Shown in pieces: positions 1-14,118 of a stretch of DNA of 64,000 nt (positions within the stretch are counted from its first letter, which is position 1; every line of letters begins with the position of its first letter). The stretch lies in the NCBI RefSeq assembly GCF_964204645.1, contig NC_134031.1, forward strand, positions 12,030,088 to 12,094,087. Reading direction: 5' to 3'. The translations under genes were made by a program, and so were the position numbers. Below the pieces are notes generated by a model that saw only the letters and a list, made by a program, of their open reading frames with translations, did not search any database and was not told the origin of the DNA. The DNA comes from Tubulanus polymorphus (taxonomy: Eukaryota > Animalia > Nemertea).

Positions 1-3000
1 TAACACAACATATGCACATATACACGTAAGTAAAGATCCCTCACATAAATCCCAGTAAAAACCCGTGAAGGATTTATTCCCTGAAATCCAAATATGGAAT
101 CAGGCAAAACCATAGAATAAATATATGCAACTCGGAAACTCTAAAGACGGTTTTCCATGTCTCATGCTGGAACTGCTGCTAAAGCCATCCATCCAACAAA
201 ATCTGCAGTAATCCATAGCACCAGATAATGGCTATCCGGCTCTGTCATGAGTTATACTGTCTAACTTCCAAACGCTACTACAATCACCTGCAATACATTA
301 AAATGTGAGTTTGCAATAACTAACAGGAGCGGGCAGGGTGGGCGTTATTATACCTCTTCCATTCACTCATAAAATTATAATTTACACTGATACATTACAC
401 TGATAAAATTAGGAAATTTTATTTCATTCACTCCATACATAGGTATAATAACGTATGTTCAACGCTAAAAATCCAGTGACGGAATAGATAACTAATGTTA
501 AGCTAACACACTCCAAGTACTTCCATTAACTGGTACTATCCTACTGCAAGCCTAGCAGTAGTCGCAGCTTTTCCAAAAAGTTCATACAATAATTCTCTGC
601 AATTTTGCCTTATAAAAATCTGAACCACTTGTTAGGTGATAGAGAACTCCACCACTGGTGCGTGGATACCTAGAGACACAGACTTGAAATTGTTATGACT
701 CCAATTTCCTCAGCTCAGGATGAGTGACCAACTCGACTCCTATGACCTGTCCCAATGATGCCGGTATTCATAAAATATTGGCTGATCCGTCAGCCTCGAC
801 ATTAACCAACCCTGACCAATGCTCTGTGGCTGGCGCCTCAAGGTAACACTTCTATTATGCCAGTCTATTATGCCCGCAAAATCCAGGCCCATGCTGGAAA
901 CAAGCATTTTGTTAAAATCATGCTAACATGGTTAAGGCCTTTTAATATTACATAATTCAGTGTCCATGCAACTCTAGCAGACCTGTTAGATATCTATAGA
1001 AATGCTTCAGGTCGTATATGACCCCACTGATCGAATTCATATCCTTAAGGAAAATTCTGATTAACGACCTATAGGAGCCCTGTACCTCTATTGGGGCTAC
1101 CCGAGAGGATGGTATTGAAACCAGTAGCACTCACAGGCATGTGACGCCTAATCCAAAGGACTACATTTACTGGGCACTGAACCCAGCCCTTTGTGGGAAA
1201 ATTAAATTTCCCTTCCGTCACCAGCCCTAGGATGAACCATGGCCTAGCAGAAGCTTCTCCACGATTCAACTGCTTAAGGTGCATTTGTTTTGCAGTGACA
1301 TTCACCGACAAATTCATAAATATTAGATTATTATTCATTTGAGAAAATCAAAATGATCTTCATATCTGATTCACCTTGTTCCTAGAACCTGATCATGGAC
1401 AGGTCGATGTATTGAGTCACCCTTGAGTCAACAGGCTCAGCATAAATGCCCATACTCTATGGTCAGTTCCTTAGAGGCCTATACATACTCAAGGCTAGGT
1501 GTTATAGGAATCAATTTCCATGTAGGCCCAATCACCTTACACTTATGAAATCCACAGTTGCGTAGAATGCCTATAACCCCATAACGGCATTGTATTGTCT
1601 ACTTTTGCTATGTAGGGAGTCTATGCACCCTTGTCAATGCATTCTGCACATTGTAACGAGTGGGAAAAACCCCGCAAAGGGATCCCTGTGTAACTATTTG
1701 ACTAGTCCCCTGTCTCCGATCAACATTAATCAGCATCCAGCCCGGTTGACCAGAACAGTCTCACGACTGTCACTCATCAGTCAACTGATACTGAGAATCA
1801 CCATTGTATGAAGTCATCAGAATGTGACATCTTACTCCAGCCAGAAACCATAGATGTTTCCGGCGACCAACCGTAACGCTGAACTGTCAGTGGAGGACTC
1901 TGCAGATTCCATGACCTACAGTGCCCAGAAAGGGATCATCCAATATCTTCACATAGGTCCTCAGTGGCTGATTCGCAAAGCTCTGTATTTCAGCACCTGA
2001 GGAGCCGAGATAGTTATAATGTATATACATGTATACATACACACAGGGTATATAGGTTCTCAACAAGGAACATGTATCCCACATTCTCTCCTCCCACATT
2101 CTCTTCTCAAGTGAGATCAATAGACGACAACTTTCTTTACCCCTGCAGCCTGACTAACGGGTCTATGCCCATCATTACTTCCTGGGTAATTTGTCCCAGA
2201 GGTTAATTGAGGAGGAATTGTGTCTTTTTTGCCCGTGCCGTGGGCTAAGGGTCTAGATCGCCCGCATATGGGCTCAGGGTTTGCTAAGTCTGAATGCCTG
2301 ACAATACATGGGGTGGGGCCTTTGTAGCCCCACTGTATGGCTTGGAATCTTCATCGTCTGAAAAGCAGACAATGTGCAGCTCAGTTAGGAGACGATATGT
2401 TTATGCTAATACCCTGTGGGTCTTTCTCGCTCCTGCCCTGTGGCCTTTTCTGAATTCCCTCTAGGCTGCCATATGGCTTGGGTTATTTGTATGTCAGTGG
2501 TCCAACAGTTGGAAGTTTGAATCAGTTCATCTTCAATGAGTCAAGAGACTTCATTGACTCGAGGGTCTCAATGAGAACTGCGGAACCGGATCTGAGTACC
2601 AGACAATGTACGAAAATTCCCCTTAAGGATGAATGTCTGTTAATAGGCTGCCCCTCAAGGGGTGGTCACTCACACCAAAATAGGCTGGGTCTTCGACCCC
2701 TTTTGGGCGAGATTGCCGCTGCCAAACAGGCCGGTTTGCTCTCGGGCCCTTTATGGGCGAGATTGTCCCTTAATGGATGAGATTGTTCAAGCCAGAGAAA
2801 GCTTGGTGTTTGTCGCCATGGACAAGAATGCCCATGTCAATAGGCTGGGCCTAATTCGGTTTTCGTATCTAGTCGACTAGTGGTCGGAACCAATAACCGC
2901 ATGTGCTCGATTTCCGAACTATTTGCGGGATATAGATTTGACTAACTGACATTCATAGTTTGACTATAGTCGACTAACTCAGAGAACCGAAGTTGACCCT

Positions 3001-3300
3001 GGGTGTATATCCCCTGTGGACGAGAATGTCCATGTCAATAGGGCCTTTCCTCCCTTAGGCTTATGGGTGAGATTGCCCACCAGTAGGCTGGGTCTTTTGT
3101 CCCTCATGGACGAGAATGCCCATGTGAAGCTGGGTCTTGAATCCCTTATGGACAAGATTACCCCAAGCTTATAGGCTGGGTCTATGGGTCCTGGTCTTTG
3201 CCCGAACTTGTAAGGAGACGGAAGTGACTCCCAGTCCATGTGGGATCCACCGTCTTTTATAGTTTATAAAGTTGGCGAAAAGGATAATCACCCACTAGAC
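1..3300 (-). mobile_element. Highly decayed LTR retrotransposon, probably Gypsy
   Basis: Minus-strand remnants: GFAG(H)NR (~875, like LGFAGYYR), NVEADG (~795, RNase H end), a decayed CCHC knuckle (~1560-1595), and GC-richer gag-like repeats at 2640-3200. Many stops. Confidence 0.4.
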
Positions 3301-4124
3301 CAGTGCACAATACTTACCGTTCGGTTAAGAGTGATTATCGTACTAATACCTGGTTATAAGTGGCTGAAATTAAATGTTGGCGAGGCTCGAAAAACGCAAA
3401 ATAATGTCGCCGTGAAAACGAAGACGTGCGATCATTCGAAAGCCAAGCTGGATATTGATTTTTAGAGCGTTGAATTGGCTGAAGATGGCAGCACTTGCTG
3501 GATAATACGTTATTATACCTATGGAATGAATGAAATAAATGAAAGTTAATTCTTTAAAAAAATATGAAATCAAGTTCAATTTTACTTTATTGAACAAATA
3601 AATCAAGTCCAATTCAATTTTGTTTTATTGAATAAATTTCAGAAAAATTCAATTCTATTCCCCATTCAAATCACAAGGCCAAGGGAAAGATTTATCTAAA
3701 GGATTTGTTCCTGCCAGCTCCAGTCGCTGTCTGCTACTTATGAAAGCACAATTGTATTGTGTAAATGATAGGTATTGACTCTGAGCTGTGAGTGAATTTT
3801 GATAAGTATAACCTACAAAATGCATCATTTGGCATTTTAGGGGGCTCTTGTTGTTGGATTAGACCTAGGCCTACCTTTTTGGATGTTAATATGTTGTCGG
3901 ATTACCTGATTACTGTTTTTGACGAATTAAAGCAGATTATTGCATTTAATTGCAAAAATATCAGCTCCCACCTGGAACACTCTAGAATACATCTCCAGCG
4001 ATGTATAAACGCATAATTCTTTGGGGGGAGTGTCCCTGACCCCTACTTTTTTCCTGAAATTCACTCATCGGGAACTTGCATCTCTGCATTATGCTGCATT
4101 TAAGAACTGGGGGACTTGGAATCT

Positions 4125-4912
4125 GTCTCCCTCCGTCCATCTGCCATCCGCATCTGCTTGTGAATGGGATTCAAGAAGAACCATTGATAGCAGGACTATG
4201 ATATTACATAGCAATATTACCCCTAGGGACAGGATGTGTACTATTGATTTTGGGGTTCAAGGATCAAAGGTCAAGGTCACTAGAGGTCATTCATGTGAAA
4301 CCTTGTGAATGCAATTCAGGAAGAAGCATTGATAGCAGGACTATAGCTGCGTTCACACTAGGATTTCAGTATGGTACTAAGCGTTCACACTAGGAAATTA
4401 TTCGAGGCCTATTCGCGGCTTATTCAGTTCCGTACTGAAATACGTGGCTTATTAAGCGTGGAATGCGTTTCTGCGCCGAAAACCCGATCTCAGTACGGCA
4501 GCTGGCCGCGTATTTTCCGTGGTGTGAGAGCAGATTCGGCGCTAAGCTAGCCGCGTATTTACATCCAAACACTAAACACTTATTACACTCCCCTCTATTG
4601 GCACACTGGGTGACTACCATACTGGGCTTACTAAGTGCCAAATTGCCAACTACGTGTGGATGTAAATGGCTGTGTAAGCCTCGTATTTTGGTGAATTCGG
4701 CACCAACGAAGTATAGTACTTCATAAGCGCCGAATCTAGTGTGAATGTGGCTTATGATATTACATATTATGATTACTTCTAAGGTAGAGGATGTGCTCTA
4801 TTGATTTTAGGGTTCAAGGATCAGAGGTCAAGGTCACTACACGTCATTCATGTGAAACCTTCTGAATGCGATTTAAGACGAACCATTGATAGCAGGACAA
4901 TGAAATTACATA
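4125..4912 (+). mobile_element. Helentron/DINE-like repeat with tandem ~140-bp cores
   Basis: ccgtccatctgccatccg leader, then repeated accattgatagcaggac...ttgattttggggttcaaggatcaaaggtcaaggtcact units. Confidence 0.55.
4345..4752. mobile_element. MITE (PIF/Harbinger-like) with 3-bp TAT duplication
   Basis: agctgcgttcacactag ... ctagtgtgaatgtggct interrupts ggac-tat-gatatt, which is intact in the neighbouring unit. Confidence 0.8.
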
Positions 4913-5734
4913 GCTGTGTCTTCATTAATTGCCGGGTGTCGGATCCCGGACCCGTCTGTCAGTCCCTTTGGACCAGACTAATTTTTTTCAACCCGAATGG
5001 CTTTTGTTGGCTATCAGCACGACTGTATTTTCTGGTCAGAAGTATTTGTGAATATATATGCTTCACACACGCGACTTCTGCCGCCTGGTTTGACTACTCA
5101 CTATTGCTAGTTATGAAAAAAATGCGCCTCGACGCGCGTGGCCTAGTTAAAGTTTTCCAAGAAATTGGCAATGTGCCAATCAGCTGTCAGGGAAGCTGGA
5201 AGTGCCACGCATGTTGGCTGTTGACTCACAATCATTGACTTATTAAAAGGGAAATTCAAAGCCTTGAATTCAGCAACGGTCTTCAAAATCGATTCAGGGC
5301 CTTCAATTTGAAAAATGTTGCAAATCTATAGATTTACGATTGTAAATCTTGGCAAGGCCTTATCTATGGGATTTACGTGGTAGACTTTAGTGGTAGCAGG
5401 CATTCACATTCATTTGTCACCCATCTATTGTCTGTAGACAGAATGTAATCATTTTGGGGTGTTTATAAGATGCTAATCTTGATATTTGGTTTAAACATGT
5501 ATCTATCGTAGACACATAATTTTGATGAAAAATAAAATGATTATCATAACACATCTGCAGCCCAAAAACTGACGTGTTTAGAATAAAGATCACCAACTAA
5601 TGAAAGAGACATTTTTAAGAAGCTTCAATCAATTAAAGATCAGATAACTATCATAGACCTATCAGTACATCATAGATCTCTTGCTTCAAAATTGAAGTGC
5701 ATTTGCATATCAGTGCTTTCTTTTTCAATTTCAG

Positions 5735-5774
5735 ATGGATCCTGTGAACCTGGTGGCATTGACGCTGGCGTTAG
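5735..5774 (+). CDS. Candidate upstream 40-nt exon of the host gene (DGSCEPGGIDAGVR)
   Basis: Strong acceptor ctttctttttcaatttcag and donor AG|gtaatg; ends in phase 2, matching the phase-2 start at 41234. Confidence 0.4.
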
Positions 5775-5814
5775 GTAATGTCTGAATGTCTTCTCATTTA
5801 TAGACCCCTACTAA

Positions 5815-6373
5815 GGCCATCCCAAAATAATGGGCTGTTTGCCGTAACTTAACCGACCCAACTTCAAAAGTACCTGATGAAAACTTTTTTCTAAGATTCA
5901 TTGAAATGGATTTTATTTTTTGACAAAAATGGCGGACTGACTGACCAACTGCTGATGTATGTGCTGCGTGTGTTTGGAGTCAAGTGTGCATCATATGGAA
6001 ACGTTCATTGATATCTGGCCTAGTTTGAGATTTCCAGGAAACTGGCGGTCATCCAATAAGTTGTCAATCATTCTTGTGACTATATTAAAGCTGGTTATGT
6101 TTTAGCTCACTGATATATTCAATGTATTGTTACATTTTAAACACTGAGATGTCACACCGGACAAAGTAAATCTTTAAAATTATTCTTAAAAACTAGACTA
6201 TTAGACAAATTTCCTGTGCACAACACCGATTTGTGATATTATTTTTCATATAGAAAGGTGATAAAGTTGTTTTTTGCCCTAAAATATTACCAAAAGTTTT
6301 CTACCTTCCTACCAACTCATCCTGAAAACTTGTGTCGGTGTTACGGCAAACAGATAATTAATTTTGTATGGCC
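5815..6373. mobile_element. MITE family A copy 1 (Tourist/PIF-Harbinger-like, TAA duplication)
   Basis: TIR ggccatcccaaaataat...gtttgccgtaac / gttacggcaaac...tggcc; four copies in the window. Confidence 0.85.
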
Positions 6374-6581
6374 TAATGAAAGCACAGGGGTTACATCAAT
6401 TCACAATGAAATGAGTTAGCCTAAGATTTAATACAAGTCTTAAATGATTATCATTGACATTTGTAAATTTGTTAACGAACTCCGCTATGAGTTCGGTGAC
6501 CAATTAGCTCTGTTTTCTAACAAAATTTTTTGTAGAATTTTAGAATTCATCTTCTTATAAATTGGCATTTGTTGTTTGCTT

Positions 6582-7538
6582 CTAAATGGCGATGAGCTGC
6601 CTAATAAGGATTATCAATATTAGCAACAGCTGACTGGAGAATTCATCAAACAATTGTCGCACAGTACCACTTTTAGTTTTCTTAACTGTTACCTTGTATT
6701 CTACATTTTCCTTTTGTTTTTTCGAATATGTCATGGTCATTTCAGTCTCCCATGATAGCCAGCTGGTTAAGGCATTTTCATCTATATGGACAGCTTGAAG
6801 TTTCTTTGATTCGCACTCTTTACATCTCCCATTTACACAATCTATACTCAAGTCATCTTTGCAGAGAATAGTATAAGCAAGCTCCTCAACGTTCATGTCT
6901 TTTGGTACAAGACCCAGACAGGTTAACTTATCGTACATGAATCCCATATTTTCATGTATTTTGCAAAGGCACAACATTCTGTTCTGTACTGTTGGTTTCA
7001 GGACCCAAAACAGCCTGAAAACCGTGAAACTGGTGTACGATATCTTGATGCCCAGGTTTTCTGCAAGGAATTTGATGTGAAGGTTTCTTAATGTATCTTT
7101 TAAGTATCCTCTCTGTTTTTTATCTTTTTTTCTGGTGATGGTTTCTTTTTTTCCTGCAGTCATGCGACTGTTATCATTGCGTTCAAGAAAGGTCCGTACT
7201 CTTTGCTCCATGTCTTCTGCATACCTTGTCTTTTTATAATTCTTATGTTTGGATATTTTGGTAGCATTCAATCGACGAATCCCCATGGCTTTTTCAAATC
7301 TCCCCTTACATCGGTATTTCTTTAGAAAATGAGGGGCTTCCATGGATTTTAGGATCCATTTTTCTCGTTTGGATTTTATACTAGAGTATCTTTCCTTGAG
7401 ACCTTTTAATAGAGCAAAGTGAAAAGTAAGTTGCCTTGCAACTATTTGTGACCGTTTTTTCATAACTGTCCTAGTCTTGGTACGAGGTGATGATTCGTTG
7501 GCTGCTTCACTCCTCTTTACAGAGCGACACAGCTTCAC
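6582..7538 (-). pseudogene. Truncated DNA transposase N-terminal region, Sola2-like
   Basis: FLERNDNSRMTAGKKETIT ... ISYTSF ... CLCKIHEN ... CVNGRCKEC match the pre-catalytic part of such transposases; the DDD core is absent. A probable N-terminus MAPPLSMKERLKRH lies near 9100. Confidence 0.6.
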
Positions 7539-10505
7539 CCGCAGCTTGTTGATTGCTAATTCCTGTTTTTGAACCCTTTTTTTTCAGTGAAGCAACACTC
7601 AGTTGTTTTTAGCTTTATTGGCCAGCCGTGGCGTTCACCTGATTTCAATCTTCCATCTGTTTTTGTTTCCACAAGATTCTCTTGGTGTTCAACGTTATGT
7701 TTTTCGCGTTTTTTTTTGTTGGGCTTTTCTCCAGTATTTACACTTGGTTCTTTTTTCACGGTCTGATAGATGATCGATGAGTTTGATTTCACCTAAAGAT
7801 TTTAAGTTTATAATACCGCTCTCAATCTTTCCGCTTTTTTTGACGCCTTATAAAACGTTACCATTATGAAACCTAAACAATGTTAACCATTCAGCGTCAT
7901 TTTACAAACGACAGCCGTAAATCGATGTGCAAAACGTCACAGGTCTATGCGTACACAAACAAGCTATCTGGCAAAATATTATTGACATAGATGTAGAATG
8001 GCTTCCTGTGATTATATAATGACCTATATTTGAACGTCGAAATGTTATATTGCATTGAATATCATTAGAAGACGTATTGTAATAGTAAAGGATATATGAT
8101 TATATCAGAAGCTGCAGGCATAAATAGAAATGATAATGATAATAAAATCGGATTATTCGGTTAAATGGCGGATGTATACACGATTTGGAAGTCTGATATA
8201 AAAGTCAGACCCTGACGTGGGCATGCCGGTGGAATGACGAAGCTATCTACGATGTGTGTAGGGCCGGCGTGAATTTCATCAGCGGCTACAAGCGGTAAAT
8301 ATGAAAATGTGTAAACATATAATTTCAATATTCAAACGTTTTAGAAAATATGTTTGATATTAGGAGTATGCAGGTTTCGTGAGATTAGCAATTTATAATA
8401 GCATAGCTGTCATATACGGCTCCGCATCCTCTGATGGCATGTGTATTAGGTGACAATTCAATTCAATTCTTTATTGATCCTTATTACTTTGAAATTCCGG
8501 GATAAAATTCCCAAATTCAATAAATACAAATTTTAAAATAAATTAATACAACATACATGACACATGGGTAATTCATCATACAGAACAACATAAGCATGTT
8601 ATTTTAAATGACAATGTCTACTTCAACCCACCCAGACTCAAGACTCTAGGATATCGAGTGACAGCCAAACCTGTCGGCCGGCTGGCTAGGCCACACGATA
8701 TGCTCGAAGTCATGATGAAGCAGACATCAGAAGAGCTCTCTTCAACCATGGAGGCAATGAAGTTGCAGACCAGCTTAGAGGCATAAGTAAATGAAGTCGG
8801 TCGCAAGTTCGCGATCAATTATTGAGAATTTTCAATAAAAAAATTTAAACCACTACTAGAGTCGAAGACCTGTATCATCTACCCAATCGCCAAATCTCAT
8901 CATTCCCCAAATTTCTTAAAACTTCGATTTCAAATTTGCAATTCCACATTAGCTTAGCCCAGAAATTATACATTTTTTTCGCAGGCGTCAAATAATTTTC
9001 TAAAATTAATTTTCTTGTTTCTTCATACTTAGCTGGATCCTCTTTTAGTTTTTGAAAATGTCTTTTCAATCGTTCTTTCATTGACAGTGGAGGTGCCATT
9101 TTATAATACAAAAAAAACTTCAAAAATGGATGGCGTATGTACGACATATAACACCCTTGTGTATACTTAATTAAACTTATCAATAGGTAGAATCAGAAAA
9201 AAGTATCTTTCACATTGCCTCAACGTCATTTTTGAAATACTGATAATGGATCTATACTTCATTACTGTCATTTTCAAGAACATTTTGTCAATTCTGTCAC
9301 GCAGAGTCAATTCTGCAACAAAGTCTATTGTGACCAATGTTGCAGAATAGAATGTTGCAGAATTGATATTTCATTGATTTAACCTTAAACATTGCCATTT
9401 CTCATGAAATTGTGACAATTTGAAGATACTATTTTCTTTATATCACCATAATGATGGGTTTTATTTTACGTCGCATATCACATGAAGTGTGTTGAGGTTT
9501 GAAGGATCGTTGGAGAATCGACAATTCTGAGTGATACGGCCTAGAAACTATTTTAAGTCAAATATAGAGTGAACTTACCTCCCTGGAGTGAATGGGAATC
9601 ACGTAACCAATCTCATTGTTGCAATCAATTTTGGTGGGAGACCTCACTAATTGGACAGATGTCACCACTTGCTGGTAGTGGACAAAAAGGGGACTGTTGC
9701 AGAATTGACAAATAAACGCATTACAATGATAAATGTAAATATTTCTCAAAAAGTGATTTAGGTATCATAAAATATTAATCTAAGTTAAAAAGTTTTAATC
9801 ATTATAAAACCAACTTCATGGAATAATACCAAAATTGATCTTCTATGTAAAATTATCAGCCCATAAACCTATGTAAACTCAGCCCATTACATGAATATTT
9901 TTAAGAGGGTTAGTGGTTTCGGATAATTGTTTTCCCTAAATATGCCTCTCTTATTTCACTGGTTATAATACATATCAAATTCTCTACAACATTGAGGTTT
10001 CCGTTAATATAGATTTTCAAATTTAGTGTAGGCCTGGTCACAGAGCAAAATCAATTACATAGATCTGGCCACATTTTGTGAATATACCCGTATACCATAC
10101 ACGTATGACGACGTAAAATACAGTGAAACCCTAAGGGTTAGTACAGGGTTCGTGGCGGTGCTTGAAAAGCTTGAAATGGCTTGAATTTGATAAATGCTAT
10201 TCAAGCGCTTGAAAACGGCTTGAAAATAGATTGAAAGCTGGAAATAATTAGTTCTGACTTGAAATGAAAAGAAAAATGGCTAGAAATACTTGATTCAGAC
10301 AAATTTCCTTCTTCCATAATTTTTTTCGATGAGATCGCAGACAGAATACATTCTTGAGTGGTTTCGTCGCATGCATCATGTCTTAGGCATCCATAAAGAA
10401 ATTTAATGAATTGCATTGAATCACGAGACTCGCATGCACCTCGACGTAGTGAAACTCTCCGGTGTCTGGAGACTTGAAAATAGGGGGAAATTTCAGTCAT
10501 GCATG

Positions 10506-11286
10506 CAGGGGCGGATACAGGGGGTGCACGAGGTGGCTAGCCCCCCAAAAAAAAATTTTTAAACACCTATATTTTCTTGATTCATGCGTGAGAATGGCCC
10601 TGAACGCGTCTCTGTACAAATTATTTTTCAAAATTGTCTTGTCTGGAAACCAGACAGTAGCCTATTCACACCCACACCTCAAAATTCCCAATTGTCACAA
10701 TCGAGTCGACAGTTATACTTAGTAGGTCTACCCATTACGGACTGTATACAGTTTTGAGGCCACGGTGTGGGGATCGCTCCGCCCGCTGATGGCCGTCAAC
10801 TGACATAGCTATCAGCCCTGTTCACACTGCACGCGCGATTCGCATGCGATGCCCAACGCATGCGAATTTTCGCGAATTCCCATTGTTTAAAGTTGACATT
10901 TGGGCCCATGGGTCAACTTTAAACAATTGAAATTCGCGAAAATTCGCATGTGTTGGGCATCGCATGCGAATCGCGCGTGCAGTGTGGACAGGGCCTAACG
11001 GTGTGGGGATTGCTCCGCCCGCTGATACGCCACTAAGTAATTGTCCGTATTTTGATGTGTACATTATACTAGTAATACATGGTTTAATATTGTCTCACTG
11101 TGTAATTGTGGGTTTGAGAATGGCCCAGAACGAGTGTTATCTTATTTTTCTGGCTGCCCAAATGTTTTTTTCATTTGCCACCGAGAGGAGTTTTAGAATG
11201 CTTCTGAGAGCCTCTGAGCACTTAATTTTTCAAAAACTAAACCTACAACAGCCACCTCCCTTTATAAAATCCTGTATCCGCCCCTG
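10506..11286. mobile_element. hAT-like MITE
   Basis: TIR caggggcggatacagg / cctgtatccgcccctg with gcatg on both sides. Confidence 0.8.
10814..10995. mobile_element. Near-perfect palindromic MITE
   Basis: ~83-bp arms gccctgttcacactgcacgcgcgattcgcatgcg... with a short central spacer. Confidence 0.85.
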
Positions 11287-11405
11287 GCATGTCGTCGAGC
11301 ATTGAAAAATAGATGGCATTGAAATCCCACACCAGGTGTGAGAGCCAGGTTGAAGGCACCGGGGCCTCGTCAATGTCATCGAACATTACAAATTTCGTAT
11401 TATCA

Positions 11406-12784
11406 GGCAATCCCAAAATATCAATGGTCTGTTTGCCACAACCCGACCGACCCGACTTCAAAGGTACTGAGTGGAAACTTTTTTCTGGGATTCATTGAAA
11501 TAAATTTTATTTTTGATAAAAATGGCCGACCGACCGACCCACTGAAATTTGACATGCAGCACCTGATATATAGGCATATTTTAATTAGCATCCCCTAAAC
11601 TAATTGTGAGTAGAAGACAAACTAACATTGTTGTCTTCCTAGGGGTACGGTGAATGTAATTTATACGTCAATTTTTCCCCCAATTCATCGTTAAATTAGA
11701 TGCTGATAATTCTTCCCCTAATAACACTACACTAAACCTGTAAAATTGTATATACAATGCCAATACATGGAATATCTATATCAAATTTTTAGCTTCGCTT
11801 ACATTTGGTACTAATAATCTAAATAGACATTATAATGATGAACTGATGAATTATCAACATTAGAAAGAAAATAATTTCGTGGATGATCTTTGCTTTTGCA
11901 AATGTTTATAGGCCATTTGTCATTAATTTTTATTGAAAACTGGATGAAATCCCGAAATTTCTATATAAAGATCATTAATGGATTCTTGTATTTTCATGTT
12001 GTGCACATTCAGCGATAGACAGTAGGATGCTGAAAATGAACAACATGAAAATACAAGAACTAGAAAAAGCATGACATGAAAATATAAGAATGTGCACATC
12101 AATAATGAACAAGAACTGGAAAGTACAAGAACTGGAAAATGCCGGAAAAACATGCATCACACTTTGCAGGAACTGGAATATTCAGGAAATTCCTACATTT
12201 TCAATTTCCTGTATTTTCCAGTAAGGGGTATTTCTTGTATATTCCACTATTGGATTTTTATTTTATAATCCAGTGTGTACGTTCCTACATTGTCCAGTTC
12301 TTGTTTTATCAGGTTGTGCCATTTCTAGTATTTTCTAATTGTGGATTATTCCCATGTTTTCATTGTAGGTATATTCCGTTACAGTCATTTTCATGTCGTG
12401 CATTTTCAGCGTCCCCCTAGTTTAAGTTTTCCAGGAAACTGGCAGTGTTCCAATAAGCTGCCATTCATTCTTAGTGACTATATTATAGCTGGTAATGTTA
12501 TAGCGCGCATATATTCAACCTACTGTTTCATTTTGAACACAGAGATGATGCTCAGGACGAAGTTAGAATTTTAGAATTTATTCTTGAAATCTTAAATTAT
12601 TCTTAAAATACAAATTTCCCTTGCACAACGCAGATTTGGGATATTGTTTCCACTAAAAGAGGTGATAAATTTGTTGTTTTTCTTTGCCCTAAAATTTTGC
12701 AAAAAACGATTCTACCTACCTACTGACTTATTCCAAAAATTTGAGCCGGTGTAACGGCAAATAGACAATTAATTTGGGATGGCC
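11406..12784. mobile_element. MITE family A copy 2, interrupted by a foldback-like element (~11642-12416)
   Basis: Family A ends present. Inner element has ends ctaggggtacggtgaa / ttcagcgtccccctag and opposed short aaaatacaagaac repeats. Confidence 0.7.
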
Positions 12785-13660
12785 TTATCCAAATATTAAT
12801 TGATATAAATATCTAAGCTAGGAAATGCTGGAAAACATTGTGATAAACAGGTTTCATCTCTAACAGAATCGTATCAATGAGGTTCCACTGTAAAATGAAT
12901 CAAAATTTTACCTCTTTTTTAGCATTTTTATATGAACCTGTTAAAAATAGGCAAGTTGGCTGCGACTATCGGAAATTGCTTCCAACGTGCCTGAAAAAAC
13001 AGCTTGAAAATGGTATTATCTAGGTTGAAATGGCTTGAATTTCACCTGAGCTTGAGACAATGAACCGTGTAGCAGGTTTGGGCATTATAAGGGCTATTTC
13101 TATTCATAGCTAATGAAATACGATGGTTTAGCTTTATTCAAAACTACTTATATACCTGAAAATTCTCAAAAAGTTCACCGCGACTGCCTTCTTCCTCGAC
13201 TTGAATGAACTTAAATGGCCGCGACGTCGATCGATTGGTGGATTCGAAATTCGATTTAGGTATGTTAATTACATATTTTTAATGCGACGTTTGCATTACC
13301 ATTGTATTTTCCAATATATATTAGATGGTTATTTCATCGATATAGAGGATATGTTACATTGATGTCTGCCCCGAAAGTCCATCAAAAAGTTATTTGAGGA
13401 GTATCATGGTGATTGGTTTTAACTAAGGACCGTTTGAGCTCATGGGTTTTCAAAATGAAGAAATATTAAATATATGAAATATGAAAAAATATTGTCAATA
13501 ATGATTCAGGGAGTTTCTAAAAGAATGCTGGTTTAAGTCCACGTTGATATAACGTAGAAATCAACTCGTAAAGCGACGTCAGCTTACAACTAGGAAAACC
13601 ATCGACGTAATCCATGTTAGTATTTCGACGTTGCGGTCTTCAATATATGGTCTACACTAT

Positions 13661-13882
<222 letters not shown>

Positions 13883-13946
13883 TGAAAACATACTATTAAC
13901 GGGGTTTGTGGGCTCAAACCCAATTGTGTGGTGCTATTTTAATACC

Positions 13947-14118
13947 CGTTTCTGGGGCATATATGTATAATTATATGCTAATGATATGCAAACCTCACAA
14001 TTTATATAGGCCTATATGCCCCATGAATTATATACGTTTCTGGGGCATATATGTATAATTATATGCTAATGATATGCAAACCTCACAATTTATATAGGCC
14101 TATATGCCCCATGAATTA
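13947..14118. repeat. 88-bp tandem duplication in the left subterminal region
   Basis: cgtttctggggcatatatg...tatatgccccatgaatta occurs twice (13947 and 14035); each copy holds an inverted GGGGCATATA / TATATGCCCC pair. Confidence 0.9.

Larger units (their letters stand above)
10144..13069. mobile_element. hAT-like non-autonomous element hosting nested insertions
   Basis: Ends cagggttc / gaaccgtg; cttgaa subterminal repeats at both ends; flanks tagta / tagca. Confidence 0.6.

Noticed and set aside
10822-11064. ORFs with the same peptide on both strands
   Set aside because: Artefact of a palindromic MITE.
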